DNA of 63,781 nucleotides, counting the filler, from Peribolospora baueri (lineage: Eukaryota): the NCBI GenBank assembly GCA_029717555.1. It is 3 parts of 3 records of this genome, joined end to end, with 100 filler letters (N's around TTAATTAATTAA, not from the genome) between each part and the next. Parts side by side here need not be neighbours in the genome. Positions count along the whole stretch, not along the records: positions 1 to 26,835 come from JAMDHS010000146.1; positions 26,936 to 53,593 come from JAMDHS010000147.1; 1 more part is not named here. One strand, 5' to 3'. Both the position numbers and the translations under genes were made by a program. Below are positions 26,141 through 41,410 of this stretch, piece by piece. Each line of letters starts with the position of its first letter. The stretch's first letter is position 1. The notes beneath the pieces were generated by a model. The model saw only the letters and a list, made by a program, of their open reading frames with translations. It searched no databases and was not told where the DNA came from.

Positions 26141-26722
26141 GTTGTTGACAGCCGTGCGCACACCAGCCGGAGCGCCCAATCCCGAAGACCATGTGCGAGT
26201 CCGCATCCATGTATTTCTTTTTTGTCTATACATGCTCGTCGCTACCGGTAGAAGCCGTCGTATCTCTTGGCCCGCCTGCGTCCGGTCGTGCGCGTGAGCG
26301 AAAGCATAAGCGACGACGCAGCGGAGGCGAGCGAAACGGAGACGAAGCCGGGTGGCTCGGCGAGACGCCTGATGGAGGGAAGAAAGGAAGAGAGCCAGCC
26401 GTCGCGGCTGCTTTCGGCGTGCTTCCGTTGTGTCGTCTTCCCAACTTCTGTCTTTGTGCCGTCTTCCGTACCTCTTCCATACATACCTCTTCCATTGTGT
26501 CCTCTTCTTCCATTGTGCCGTCTTCCTATTGCCGCCTCATTGTCTGCCGTGGGCCAAGGCATGATCACACGTGATCCTTCCATTGCTCTCCTTCCTTTTG
26601 CGAAAAATAATGAAAGAAATAACAAACCGATTATTATATCTAAGTATGTCCAACATACATCTTCCACATGGACGGTATAGTTAGGGTTAGGTATGCCGAG
26701 GAGGAAATAAAAAAGTTGAAAC

Positions 26723-26728
26723 AAAAAA
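26723..26728 (-). terminator. Pol III T6 terminator of the tRNA
   Basis: TTTTTT on the minus strand immediately after the tRNA 3' end. Confidence 0.75.
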
Positions 26729-26729
26729 G

Positions 26730-26830
26730 CGACCACGGCAGGGGTCGAACCTGCGATCTTTGGATGTCTCCGAGCTGCTGCTGCTGCTGCGAATTCGTAG
26801 TCCAACGCCTTTCCATTTGGCCACGCGGCC
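26730..26830 (-). tRNA. tRNA-Arg(ACG) with a 29-nt intron (26766-26794)
   Basis: GGCCGCG/CGTGGTC acceptor stem, D arm GCC..TGG..GGC, anticodon stem TTGGA/TCCAA with loop CT-ACG-A|intron|A, and T arm GCAGG-TTCGACC-CCTGC. Confidence 0.93.
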
Positions 26831-26835
26831 TACGA

Positions 26836-26935
26836 NNNNNNNNNNNNNNNNNNNNNNNNNNNNNNNNNNNNNNNNNNNNTTAATTAATTAANNNNNNNNN
26901 NNNNNNNNNNNNNNNNNNNNNNNNNNNNNNNNNNN
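26836..26935. other. Artificial assembly gap/contig linker
   Basis: N44-TTAATTAATTAA-N44 (stops in all six frames), exactly 100 nt. Confidence 0.95.
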
Positions 26936-27091
26936 TTTTTTTTCATTCGCGTGCCAAAGCTACGTATTGAATTGCGCACGGCCGTGTCGTCTTCGCTCTT
27001 CCACTTCCTGTCTCCAATTGCAATCCGGCGATAACGAACGCAAAAATATTTTACGGACACATCCTCCGTACGACCGCACGCAAACATTCTT

Positions 27092-29700
27092 TCAAGCCAC
27101 ATCTGGAGATGACTCGGTCGAGGTTCGGATGTACTGACCGACGACGGAGAAAAGGTGCAAGATACAAAGTGAGCGACGGTGTGCACAACAAAGTTGATCC
27201 CCCTTCGGCGACTCGTCCACATTCGACCCGACCCATGCACTGGCCGAACGACGAGCGTACGCACCTTGTACGGGTTCAAGATGCTCCTGGGATCAAAGAG
27301 CTTCTTGATACGCTTCATGTACTCAATCGACACTGCGTCCTTGCTGTAGCCAATGTAAGGCGCCTTTTGCAGGCCCAAGCCGTGCTCCGCGCTGATAGAT
27401 CCGCTGGTGGGTAGGTCAGTGAGGTGAACAGGAGGTGGAGACCGAGGAGAATGTGTAGAGGGGAAGGAATGTGAGCGGTCGCGCAGAACGGGCATGATCG
27501 GCGGGTGAGGTCACAAAACCTTCACTCACCGCTTCTTGGCTGGTCGCACACCAATCCGGGCGATGAAAAAGCGGGCGCACAGGAAGCAAATCGAGTCGAA
27601 TCCGCTCGTCAGAACCGTCTCGCGGCACGCGACCTCCTCCCACCAAATGAGCGGACGTGCGCCACGCGACCACTCACAGACCCATTCGAAGATGTAAGGC
27701 TCGATGACGCCCTCAATCTTCTTGTCGAACCGGCTAGCGACGATGTTGATGTGGAGGTTGCCTGTAGCCGAGGAAGACGGGAGGAGGGGTGATTACGCGC
27801 ACGGTCTTACATGGATGCGCTCGGCCACGGCCGTCCTCGATCCGAGTCACGTCAAATCACCGAGCATTCAGAAGCTCACCGTCGCCGATGTGACCGTACC
27901 CAACCACGCTCCGAATATCGAAGCCCTCCTCGCCCTCGCGCACGCCAACACCCTGGTTGAGCATGCCCCTGTCCCTGAACCTGCTTCGCATGTCCTCGAC
28001 GAGCGTGTTCATCACCTCGACCTTCATGCTCAGGTCATACTTGTACACGCTGCCCATCTTGCCCGCCGCCTCTGGGATGGACTCGCGGAGAGACCAGAGG
28101 GAGGCTTGTTGGGAGGCGCCTTGGGCCAGCACGCCGTCGGAAATGGTGCCTGATTCCATAAGATCCTCAAGCAAGCCTTGGAGTTTCTGAGGTCCCGAAG
28201 GCGGGAGGGAAGGAAGGGAGAGCGAAAGTAAGACCGGAGCCATACCGGTTCACGTCGATGACCGCGGGTGCACTCTCACCTCCTCGTCATGCTCCGCCTT
28301 GCTTCCAGAAGTCTCGACGAGGACGTAGAAAGGATGTCTAGCCTCGAACGGGTCCTTCGGGCGAGAAGTGGCGTGCTTCTGAACACAGTCAAACGCATGC
28401 TCGTCGAAGAACTCGAACGCGGACAGGATCTCGCCGCAGTGGGCCTTGCACTTGGCGAACGCCTTCTGCACGGCGTCGTAGCTCTCCAGAGCGAAGACGG
28501 CCACGTTGGTCGCCGAGGGGCGTCGGGAGGCCGCAATGGCCACCTTTGTGATCACACCGATAGTGCCTTCCGATCCTATGAAGAGCTGCTTGAGGTCAAA
28601 GCCCGTGTTGTCCTTACGCAGCGTCGTCAGGTTGTCCATTACCGTGCCATCTGGAAGGACGACTTCCAATCCAAGCACCGAGCCGTGCAAAGAGCCGTAA
28701 CGAAGAAGTCGAAGACCACCGGCATTGGTGGCCACGTTCCCACCGATGTGGCAGCTACGTAAAAGAGGGAACGGAGATAGAGAGTGAGATGAAGCATTCG
28801 GGCGGTGATGTGACAAACCGAGCAGAGTTCGAAAAGGGGAGACGGAGGCTCACCTGCCCTTGGCGCCGAGATCGAGGGGAATAATGTACCCGCGCTCCGC
28901 AAGGTAGTTGTCCAGGCTTTCGAGGATGCACCCGGCGTCTGCGACGAGGGCGCCGGAAACCTCGTCAAAAGAGTGCACCTTGTTCATGTTAGAGAGCGAG
29001 AGCACTATCTCGTCGAAGACTGGTGTGGAGCCGCCTGCACGAGAAGGTAGTCCGGGGGGAAAGGAACAACTTTCAATGCCAATTCTGTCGCTCGACAAAC
29101 TATGAATTCCAGAAGCAACGACTCACCGACGAGCCCGGTGTTGCCGCCCTGGGGCACGACGGCGAGCCGTCTCTCGTGGCAGTACCTGAGGATCTTGGCT
29201 ACCTCGTCGGTGGTCCTAGGCTTGAGCACACAGGCGCTCCTCCCCTTGTACTTGCCCATCCAGTCCTCGTTGAACGCTTCCAGCTCGCTCTCTTCCACCA
29301 GAGACGCCTCAACGCTCCTTTCGGGCTTGAGCGTTGTGAGGAGTTGCGTGGACGGGGTGGAGAGCATAGAAGCGAACGCGGAGATGTCGGCGGGCGTCAG
29401 CGTGGCATATTGCGGGTCGCGGGTCGGCGGAGGGGCCGCTCGGACTGATCGACTGGTGTGGAAGCCTAGACTCTGGCGGCCGAGGTTGAGCAGGGAAGGT
29501 AGGGCGACGGGAGACATGGGACGTCGCGGTACGGGTTGGGGAGCGGCGAGGGTTGAGATACAAGAAGAGGGCATGGACCGCTGGATTGATGGAGGCGGAG
29601 CATCCCTGGCAAGACGGCAGGAGCGCGCTGTGACCGAGCGCCCGAGTCGGGAGGACGGAGCGCTGACGAGGCTAGCTGCTCTGGAGCTCATGGCTGGCAT
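27092..29700 (-). CDS. DLD2: D-2-hydroxyglutarate/D-lactate dehydrogenase (FAD-linked, VAO/PCMH family), mitochondrial
   Basis: [92 protein letters not shown] and ILNPYK. Confidence 0.93.
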
Positions 29701-30153
29701 GTCCTTGAGCTGGAAGCCGGTCAGGAACGGGCGGAGGAGAGCGGCGGCGAGAGGCAGAGTGCACAAGGCAACAAACACGAAGAGCGGCGAGGGAGCTGGA
29801 GGCAAGACGGTGGACGCCTGGAGAGGGCAGTCAGCAAATTACTCGCGGTCGAAGGGGACTGCGTGCGGCAGTAGCTGTGCAACTCTCGTGCCGGTCGTCT
29901 TGAACATTGCAAAGTCCAATCAATGACTTGCTTGAAGGCACTGGTCACGTGCACGCAGCGGGGTCTTGCCGGTTGCCGCAGCAATAAGCGGACCCGGGCG
30001 GGGACCCTCCAGTCAGGGGCCGGGAGTAACGATATGATCTCTCGGGGTCGTGCGAAAACTTTGTCCAAGGGGTCTGCTGGTTCGCCAATCTTGCGTCTCG
30101 CCCGACGTCCTACGTCTGACATTCCTCTTCGCACTGTCCCTATCCGTACAGTC

Positions 30154-31435
30154 TCAATGGAGCTTCGAATACACTATAACGACGATGAGGAGAATGAGAA
30201 CGACGATGATGGCGATGGTGATCATCCGCTGTTGTTTCATCCTACAGGTATCCAAGCGTTGGGCAGAGGACATGGCGGGCGTCGATACGAGACGACGTCA
30301 AAGGCGATTGCAGGGCAAGGTGCGCAAAATCAACCGAAGGGAAAGCTGATGGATCAGGACGGAGGACCGAGGGTCCCAAAAAGGGAAACAAGCAGAACAT
30401 GTGGATCGACCAATAGAGCCGGTCGCGCTCCTGGGAGAACCGAGGTGGAGAGGAAGCGCGTCAAGAAGCTGCAGACGTACTCACCGTCGGATCATCTTCT
30501 TGAGTGTCTTCGACGCCTTGTCCAGATTCGAGTCTGCGCCATGGAGCTGAGGACGAGAAGTGCGGCAGCGAACGTAATGGTATGTGGTGAGGTGTGGTCG
30601 GGACCGGTGAGCATGGAGAACGGAAGGGCACTGAAGGTGCCGCACACCAGACTCACCGTATCCCTCGATGCCTCGATCTGTTCTCTCTGGCTCCTCAAAT
30701 CACTCAAGATCTCTCCTCCCAGCTCCTCTGTTTCAAGAGCAACCCTTTGGCTGTCCTCGAGCCTCCTCGACCCGTCCTGCAACGTCTCCGTTCCTGACAG
30801 CAGCCTCGTCCTCTGCGCTTGTGCATAGCCTTCCTCCCCGCCGTGTCCCGCCTCCAGGTCGCCCATTTCGCCCGCGCCGCCGACGCCATAGCCGAGCAGC
30901 TCAGATCGGTCGGATGAGGCGAGCTGCGTGCGCACTTCTTCTTTGATCTTGCCCAACTCGGCGCGATAGCCTCGGAGCTTCACTTGGTACCGGGGCTTGA
31001 CGCTTTGGGGGAAACCTTGGAGCTCGATGTCCATTTGGGAGATCTGTAAGAGAGAAAGGTATAAGGCACGTGAAGTCGGTGCTGAGTGAATCAGAAGGAC
31101 GGATTAGCCATCTCTTGTCCGCTTTCCACCCAGCGATACATACAATTTCGTCCGCCTCGTCCACCTCCATGTCCAACCGCCTCAGTGTCGCCTTTCGCTG
31201 TTCTGAAAGATCAAAAATGAACAGAGATAGAAGAAAAGCGGGTCGGAGCAAACGGGCACATGAGATCAGCTTCGTCAAGCAAACCGTCTTCCATCGGTCG
31301 CACCCATCACGTTCGCCGCCAGTTGCCTCCCGACTCACCTCCCTTCTGCACCTTGGCGTCCTTGTCCAACTTCTCCTTGATCCCGGAAGTGAGCGACGCA
31401 AAGTCGCCCTCATAGCTTTCGAAGAGCTCTGCCAT
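30154..31435 (-). CDS. VTI1: Qb-SNARE Vti1
   Basis: MAELFESYEGDF, GEQRKATLRR..EVDEADEI, QRTRLLSGTETLQDGSRRLEDSQRVALETEELG and a C-terminal TM segment ITIAIIVVLILLIVVIVYSKLH*. Confidence 0.93.
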
Positions 31436-31733
31436 GCCTGTCTTTCCTTTGTCTGCCCTTCCTTCCTCCCTTCGTTCTTGTTGTCTCTGTTTGGTGTGTA
31501 TGAGGTGGTTATCGCGCGACGCTACCCGCGGGCTGTGGCGCCCGTCCCTGTTGCTGCGGCACGTCGAGCGTCGTTGTGACGCAACTCGGGTGCGCCGCAG
31601 CAACCTACCTTGGCGAAGATCAGAGCTGACTCCTTGAACGACGTCCGTCCGACGACTCAGGACGACATCTTCATCTCTGCTCGAGCTCACCCACCGACGG
31701 GCCCGTTTCAAAGGTCGGTCATCCTCGCCCGAT

Positions 31734-34635
31734 ATGGCCGGCGCTCCTGTTTTCCTTCCTTGGCTCTCATCCCTCCCGGAGCCAGCCGCGCTCTCTGCCC
31801 TCTCGCGCATCGGACCGCTCTTGGTTCCTTCATCCAAGCTCTCTGAAGTCTCTCACCAAGTCGCCCCGGCCACCAGCTTTGTCGTCTTCTTTACCGATGC
31901 CACGATTCCCTACGACGATGCCATCGCTTGCCTCAACGCCGGCGCCGAGGCCGTCGTTTCTTCGGACACCTCCCTCGTCGGCCAGGTCCCCGCGAATCGG
32001 CTGATCCTCGTTGTCAGCCCCGGTACAGCTGTCCCTGTTCCCGAGGTCGCCGAAAATATCAAGGGAGTTCTGGTACAGCTCCCCACCGGGGTGAGCGCCG
32101 CCGACCCGACCGCTTTGGAGACTGTGAGGGCGTTCAGGCAGTCTCTCGGCAAGAAGGAGGCCGGGAAGGTCCTTTATGTCCTTCCCAGCGAGGGCGCGTC
32201 AGCTCCCAAACCAGCAGACGTAGCGTCGATATGGAAGGCGGATGCGACTCTCGTCGTTCCCGTTGCTCAGCTTACACTTCCTTCCCCGTCTGACGGCTTG
32301 ACGATCACCGAGACGGGGACCGGCGCCGACAAACTCTCCATCCCTGCCGCTTTCACTGCACCCCTCGTCTCCGACCGCAGCGACGGACTATTCCCCACCC
32401 TCGTCGTTTCTGCCTCCAATCACCACTCCCTCGGTCTCGTCTATTCTTCCTCTCAGTCACTCGGTCTCTCCATCGTCACCGGCTCCGCCGTTTATCAATC
32501 CCGCAAACACGGCCTATGGCGCAAGGGCGAGACGTCCGGCGCGACGCAAGAGGTGCTCAGCTTGCACATCGATTGCGATGCCGATGCGATCGAAATCCGC
32601 GTGCGGCAGAAGGAGGGTACCGGGTTCTGTCACCTCGGCACGGACGGCTGCTTTGGCTCTCTTAGTGGCTTGGCCAAGCTGGAGAGTACGCTCAAGAGCA
32701 GGCTGAGGGAGGCACCCGAGGGCAGTTACACCCATCGACTTTTCAAGGATGAGGCGCTGCTCAAGAGCAAGATCATGGAAGAGGCGGAGGAGCTGTGTGA
32801 CGCGAGTGCGGAGGACAAGGAGCACGTCGCTTTCGAGGCGGCTGACCTGTTCTACTTTGCTCTGACGAGGTGCATCGCCGCCGGCGTGAGCCTCGCCGAC
32901 ATTGAGAGGAAGCTGGACGAGAAGAGCAGGAAGGTGACCAGGCGCAAAGGAGATGCCAAGGGCAAGTGGGCGAACAAGGTGAATGCGCCGGCGGGCGAGA
33001 GCAAGGACGTGCCTTCTACCAAGGCCGCCGTTCCGTCGGCTCAGGCGCCGCCGACGACCACCGCTACGACGGTGGACGAGTCTGAGCCCATAAAGATGCA
33101 GACGCATGAACTCTCCAAGGTCACCGACGCCGTTCAGCGAGCTGCGCTGTTCAAGCGTCCCGCAATCCGCTCAGAGGCGGTCATGTCCCTCGTCCGGCCC
33201 ATCCTTTCGGCCGTGCGAGACGGCGGCGATAAGGCCGTGTTGGAGCTGACGGCCAAGTTCGACAAGGCCAAGCTCGACAGTCCTGTTCTCCTTCCTCCGT
33301 TCTACTCCGCCGAGAAGTATGGCTCCAAGGCGCTTAGTGCAGAGCTCAAAGGATCGATCGACCAAGCGTATGCGAACATCCGCAAATTCCACGCTGCGCA
33401 GCGAGACAAGGACACGCCGCTGGAGGTGGAGACTATGCCGGGTGTGGTGTGCCGACGGTTCTCGAGGCCGATCGCCCGGGTGGGGCTGTACGTGCCTGGA
33501 GGGACGGCCGTGCTGCCGTCCACGGCGCTCATGCTCGGCGTCCCCGCGCAGGTGGCGCAGTGCCCTACGATCGTGCTGGCGACGCCTCCCCTTCCGGACG
33601 GGAGCATCTCCGCGGAGGTGGCGTACGTGGCGGACCTCGTCGGAGCGTCGCAGGTCGTGCGAGCCGGTGGTGCGCAGGCGGTGGGCGCTATGGCGTATGG
33701 CACAGAGACGGTGAGCAAGGTGGACAAGATCGTCGGACCGGGAAACCAGTTCGTCACCGCTGCCAAGATGCTCGTGCAGAACGAGCTGGATGCGCTTGTC
33801 AGCATTGACATGCCAGCCGGGCCCAGCGAGGTGTTGGTGAGTTCCTGTTCGCTTCCCGGCTCAAGCAGCGGTCCACGTCGGTCGCGATCCGAGTATTCAT
33901 TGGAATCGCTCGCTCGCTTGGCTAACCGCAGGCCTCCCTTTTCCCTTCCATAGGTCATGGCAGACGCGACTGCCCAACCGGCCTTCGTGGCCTCGGACCT
34001 GCTCTCTCAAGCGGAGCACGGCCCAGACTCCCAGGTGGTCCTTCTGGCCATCTCCCTTCCAGACTCGCTCCTCTCGGCCATCGAAGCCGAAGTGGACGCC
34101 CAGGCGCATGCGCTCCCTCGCAGCGCCATCGCCCGACAGGCCATCTCCAAGAGTCTGATTGTCCGCGTCGACTCTGTGGAGGAGGCCGTGAAGTGGAGCA
34201 ACGAATATGCGCCGGAGCACTTGATCATTCATGTGCAAGGGGCGGAGAAGGTGGTCGACGGAGTTACCAATGCCGGCAGCGTCTTTGTAGGGCCTTGGAC
34301 GCCCGAGAGCTGTGGCGACTATGCTTCTGGTGAGCGCCGGCGTTCCTTGCTTCTGGGCATTAGATACGTGTGCATGGACGGTCATTGACACCTTGACCCA
34401 TCTTACGGTCCCTAATAACTTGGCAGGAACAAACCACACCCTCCCGACGTACGGCTTCGCGCGTCAATACTCGGGCGTGTCCTACTCGACGTTCACGAAA
34501 AACATCACCTCGCAGCAGATCTCCAAGGCGGGGCTGGACGGGTTGGGCCCGCACGTGGTGAGGCTGGCGGAGACGGAGGGGCTGGAGGGTCACGCCAACG
34601 CGGTCAGGTTGAGGCTGAAGGCGGAGAGGAATTGA
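31734..34635 (+). CDS. HIS4: Histidine biosynthesis trifunctional protein (HisI-HisE-HisD), two introns
   Basis: LWRKGETSG, DCDAD, GFCH, APEGSYT, KIMEEAEEL, FEAADLFYF, GLYVPGG, DKIVGPGNQFV, IDMPAGPSEV, SQAEHG, YAPEHL, GDYASGTNHTLPT and EGLEGHANAV. Confidence 0.97.
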
Positions 34636-35010
34636 CGAGACGCCGGCTGTTTGTATCGTCGGAGGGCGGATCGGATGGACGTGCCTGACTTCGTGATTGC
34701 GTGATATGTTCGATAGAGCAGCCTTGGCTTGCCATTTACTCTGGGATGAGTGCGAATAGACGTGGACCGTGCGCTGGACTCGTTCGACCGTCGGGAACAT
34801 TTCCAAGAAGAAGCGTCGTTGACGCACGTGGCTCGGCACCAGGTCCGATCGGATATTGACCGCGGCGACTACGAGAATTTTGTTTGTCCACAAATCGTGT
34901 CATCCGATCCGCCTCGACGGCGTCCTGTCGAGCCAGCTCCCTCTCGAGACCGACCGCCGCCGACGTCCTTCTTTTCCTCCTTTCTCTCGACACCACCCCC
35001 GCGCTCAGCC

Positions 35011-38458
<3,448 letters not shown>

Positions 38459-38999
38459 GGAGGGACTGGTTTCGGCGAGCGCAAGCGTCCATCGGACGCG
38501 AAGCTTGGGGCCCGCCTCCACGCGAGACAACGATATCACGGGGGCTCACCGGCCTCAATTCCAGGAGCCGATGTTAGCGCACGACACGTCTTCCGACACC
38601 GGCGCCTACAGCGGAGGTGACCGAGTAGATGTCAACGATGTGACGACGATCGATATGACGATGGTCTTTGATCGATGCGGGCGCGCGTGTGCGGTATTTG
38701 ACTCCGACGGGCATCATCCGCAAGGGGAAGCCTCGCATGCTGTCAAGATTGCAAAATTTCCGCATTCACGGTACGCAAACATTTTCCCCCACGCACTCGC
38801 ACAGATCCCTTACGGTCGCGTTTCCTCTGTAAGGACGCCGGTACAAAGAGAGACACTGCACGCGAGCTTGTTCAGGGCAACTGAAGCGCCTCTCACGGTC
38901 AGTGTAGTTCACCTTTGTCCACGTGCCAGTGGGCGGGGAAAGGCGTACGTGAGATGAGGATTCCAAGAGGGGCGCCCAGACCTGCCTATCCGACCCTAT

Positions 39000-41410
39000 T
39001 CAAAGCTTGGCGCTGGCCTTGGCGCCGCCTTCCAGGATAAAAAATTCCTCGACGAGATTACCCACGTTCTCCGCGATGCCCCAGCTTGCCTGGTATCTGT
39101 CAGGAAAAAGGCGCAGCAGGCAAGGGATGCGCCGTCGAGTCAGCGAGAGCTACGTGTGATCCATCTGCGATGCATAAGAGTTGAGCAGGGATGTATTACA
39201 CCACTCACCCCGCGGGACCGATGCCGTAAGCATGAACGACGGGGATAGATCCTCCTTTCTCGAGCCTGAGCGACTCGCGCTCGACCCTCGCACCTGCCTT
39301 CCGGGCGGGACGAAGACCGACGTTGACCCGTATGACCTCGATGCCTTCCGTCTCGGCGAGTTTGGCCTTCATCTCCTCATCCTGCGTCTCGCAGACCAGC
39401 TCGGGGCAGCACTTTTTGCATTCGCGTAGGATGCGCCTCGTCGTGGCCTCTTCGGGCTCTAAGAGGTCTCTGCCCTCCTGGAAGGTGCCGCCGAGGATGA
39501 CGTCTCCGGAGAGAGCGCGTGGAATGATGTACGTCGGGTCGGCGCCATAACGGACCTCGTCACCGCGGGTGGCGAGCGCCGACGATATGCACCTCTTCAC
39601 TCGCGGTGCTCGCACGAGTACCGTTTGGCCCCGGATGGGCATCACGCTCGCGTCGCGAACGTCCGACAGGTGTCGAGCACCAAGCCCCGTGGCGTTCACG
39701 AGAGCGGAGGCGGTGGGGACCAAGTCTCGGGCGGCCGCGAGGGACGGGAGGGTGGAGCAGCGGTGAAAGACGATGGGCTTGTGATCGGCCGACGTGGGTT
39801 GGTAGGCGAGTCGGGTCAAGTAGGAGAGGTAAAGGGGTACGTTAAGAGTAATGGACTCGTAGGTCATGCCGTAAACGCCGGCTGGGAGGTCGGACTCGGG
39901 GATCAGCCGGAACTGGTCGTTGGAACGTGAGCATCAGAGCGGCGGGGTTAATGAAGACCGTCCAGACGCACGACGGTAGCGGAGGGCAATGTGCGCTCAC
40001 ATTGAAGGTTAGGTCTTTGTACCAGACGTTTGAAGGATCGATAGGCTTTGTCGTGTACTCCTCGAAGGGCATTCTCTGTCGAGAGGACAAGTGGGTCAAT
40101 TGAGCTTCGATGACAGCAGTGAGAAGGCAGACATGAAAGGAAAGTGGCAGAAGGCACGCACAGCGACCAGTTCGGGATGCTCCTTGCCGATCTCGAGCAT
40201 CTTGCGAAAAGTCACTTCATCCCAGCCTTGCTGACGGACGTCGTCAGGAGCAGCGTGCGAGCACCAGTTGGCACCCTGACAAAATGCGATGATAGTCGTC
40301 CAAATGACCATGAATTCGCGAAAACTTCAGGGAGACATGGCGTGCTCACCGCCCAAGGACTGGCGAACGCCTGGGAAAAAGTATCCTGAGGGAGGTCCCT
40401 GGCGACGATGTGTACGTCGAACCCGCGCTCTCGGAGAACGATGGCGGAGGTGAGGCCAATGACTGCGACCGACGGATGACCATGTGAGCGATATGGGCGT
40501 TATCGTCCAAACACACTATGCCCTCGACCTTCGAAAGACTCACCTCCTGAGCCAACTACCGCGACTATTGATCTCTTCGGACGTTGGATAGCCGTCGACA
40601 CGTGTGATGACTGTGCTCTGTACACGGGCCAAAGCAGACATTGACGTGAGCGACGGAAGGCGATTGGCACACGTTGGTCGGTCCATCGGGCAAGTTGGCA
40701 CAACGCACTCCCTCACGGTCGCAATGCACTCGATCTCCACTTGGGCGCCCAGCGGCAGGCGGGCTACCTCCACGGTGGACCGGGCAGGGCGGAACGGCGA
40801 AAAAAACTGTGGGGATTGACGACCATGGGCATCATCACCCAAAGAAGCTGAGTTGACAAGCTCGTGCAAAGAAACGATAATAATGTCGCCCGTCCACCGC
40901 GGCATCCTCTCACCTCCGCGTAGACGTTGTTGATCGCAGCGAAATTGTCCATGTCTTTGACAAAGATGTTGACTTTTAGGACGTGAGACAAGTCAGAACC
41001 GGCTGCCCTGAGGGTTGCTCGCATGTTCTGGAGGACTCGGAGCTGCAGGCGGCCCGAGAGAAGGGGACAGACGTTCGAGTGACAGACCGTGGTGCGCCGG
41101 TGAGCGTGCTGCCTGGCAGATGTGGTCATAGGCCAGCTCACGCACAGTCTGCGCCTCTATGGTGCTTTTGAGAAGCTCCCCCGTCTCGGGCACGGTGTGT
41201 ATCATACCAGAGAGGAACAAAAGATGGCCATGCTGGACGACTTGCGCTGTTGCATGCGACCCGTCGTGAATAGGTCGGTTCATCAAACGCTTATCTCCCA
41301 GCTCTGCTCAGCTCAGCTCAGCTGGCCTCTTCGACTCGGGACTCACAGAAAGGCCCTGCAGGGGCGGGGGCGCTCTTGGTGAGGACGGTCTTGTACGGCG
41401 TGGGTGTCAT
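39000..41410 (-). CDS. Putative RidA (YjgF/UK114 imine deaminase)::D-amino-acid oxidase fusion protein with C-terminal PTS1 (AKL)
   Basis: RidA exons read [39 protein letters not shown] and [26 protein letters not shown] exons read [65 protein letters not shown] and end SAKL*. Intron 40708-40618 joins the two domains in frame. Domain identities are secure; the fusion is inferred. Confidence 0.75.

Noticed and set aside
26460..26535. Imperfect cctcttccattgtg repeats between SER3 and the tRNA
   Set aside because: Short, degenerate, low-complexity sequence with no evident structure.
26880..26891. TTAATTAATTAA palindrome (also 53638-53649) as a biological element
   Set aside because: It is embedded symmetrically in N-runs and is an artificial six-frame-stop linker.
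29923..30828. 301-aa plus-strand ORF and other long antisense ORFs (e.g. 36243-37292, 57066-58325, 55205-56038)
   Set aside because: They are shadow frames of real genes in GC-rich DNA, with no motifs.
38459..38999. 173-aa ORF between ABZ1 and the DAO gene
   Set aside because: Non-ATG start, overlaps the end of ABZ1, has no recognisable domain, and lies in a convergent 3' spacer.
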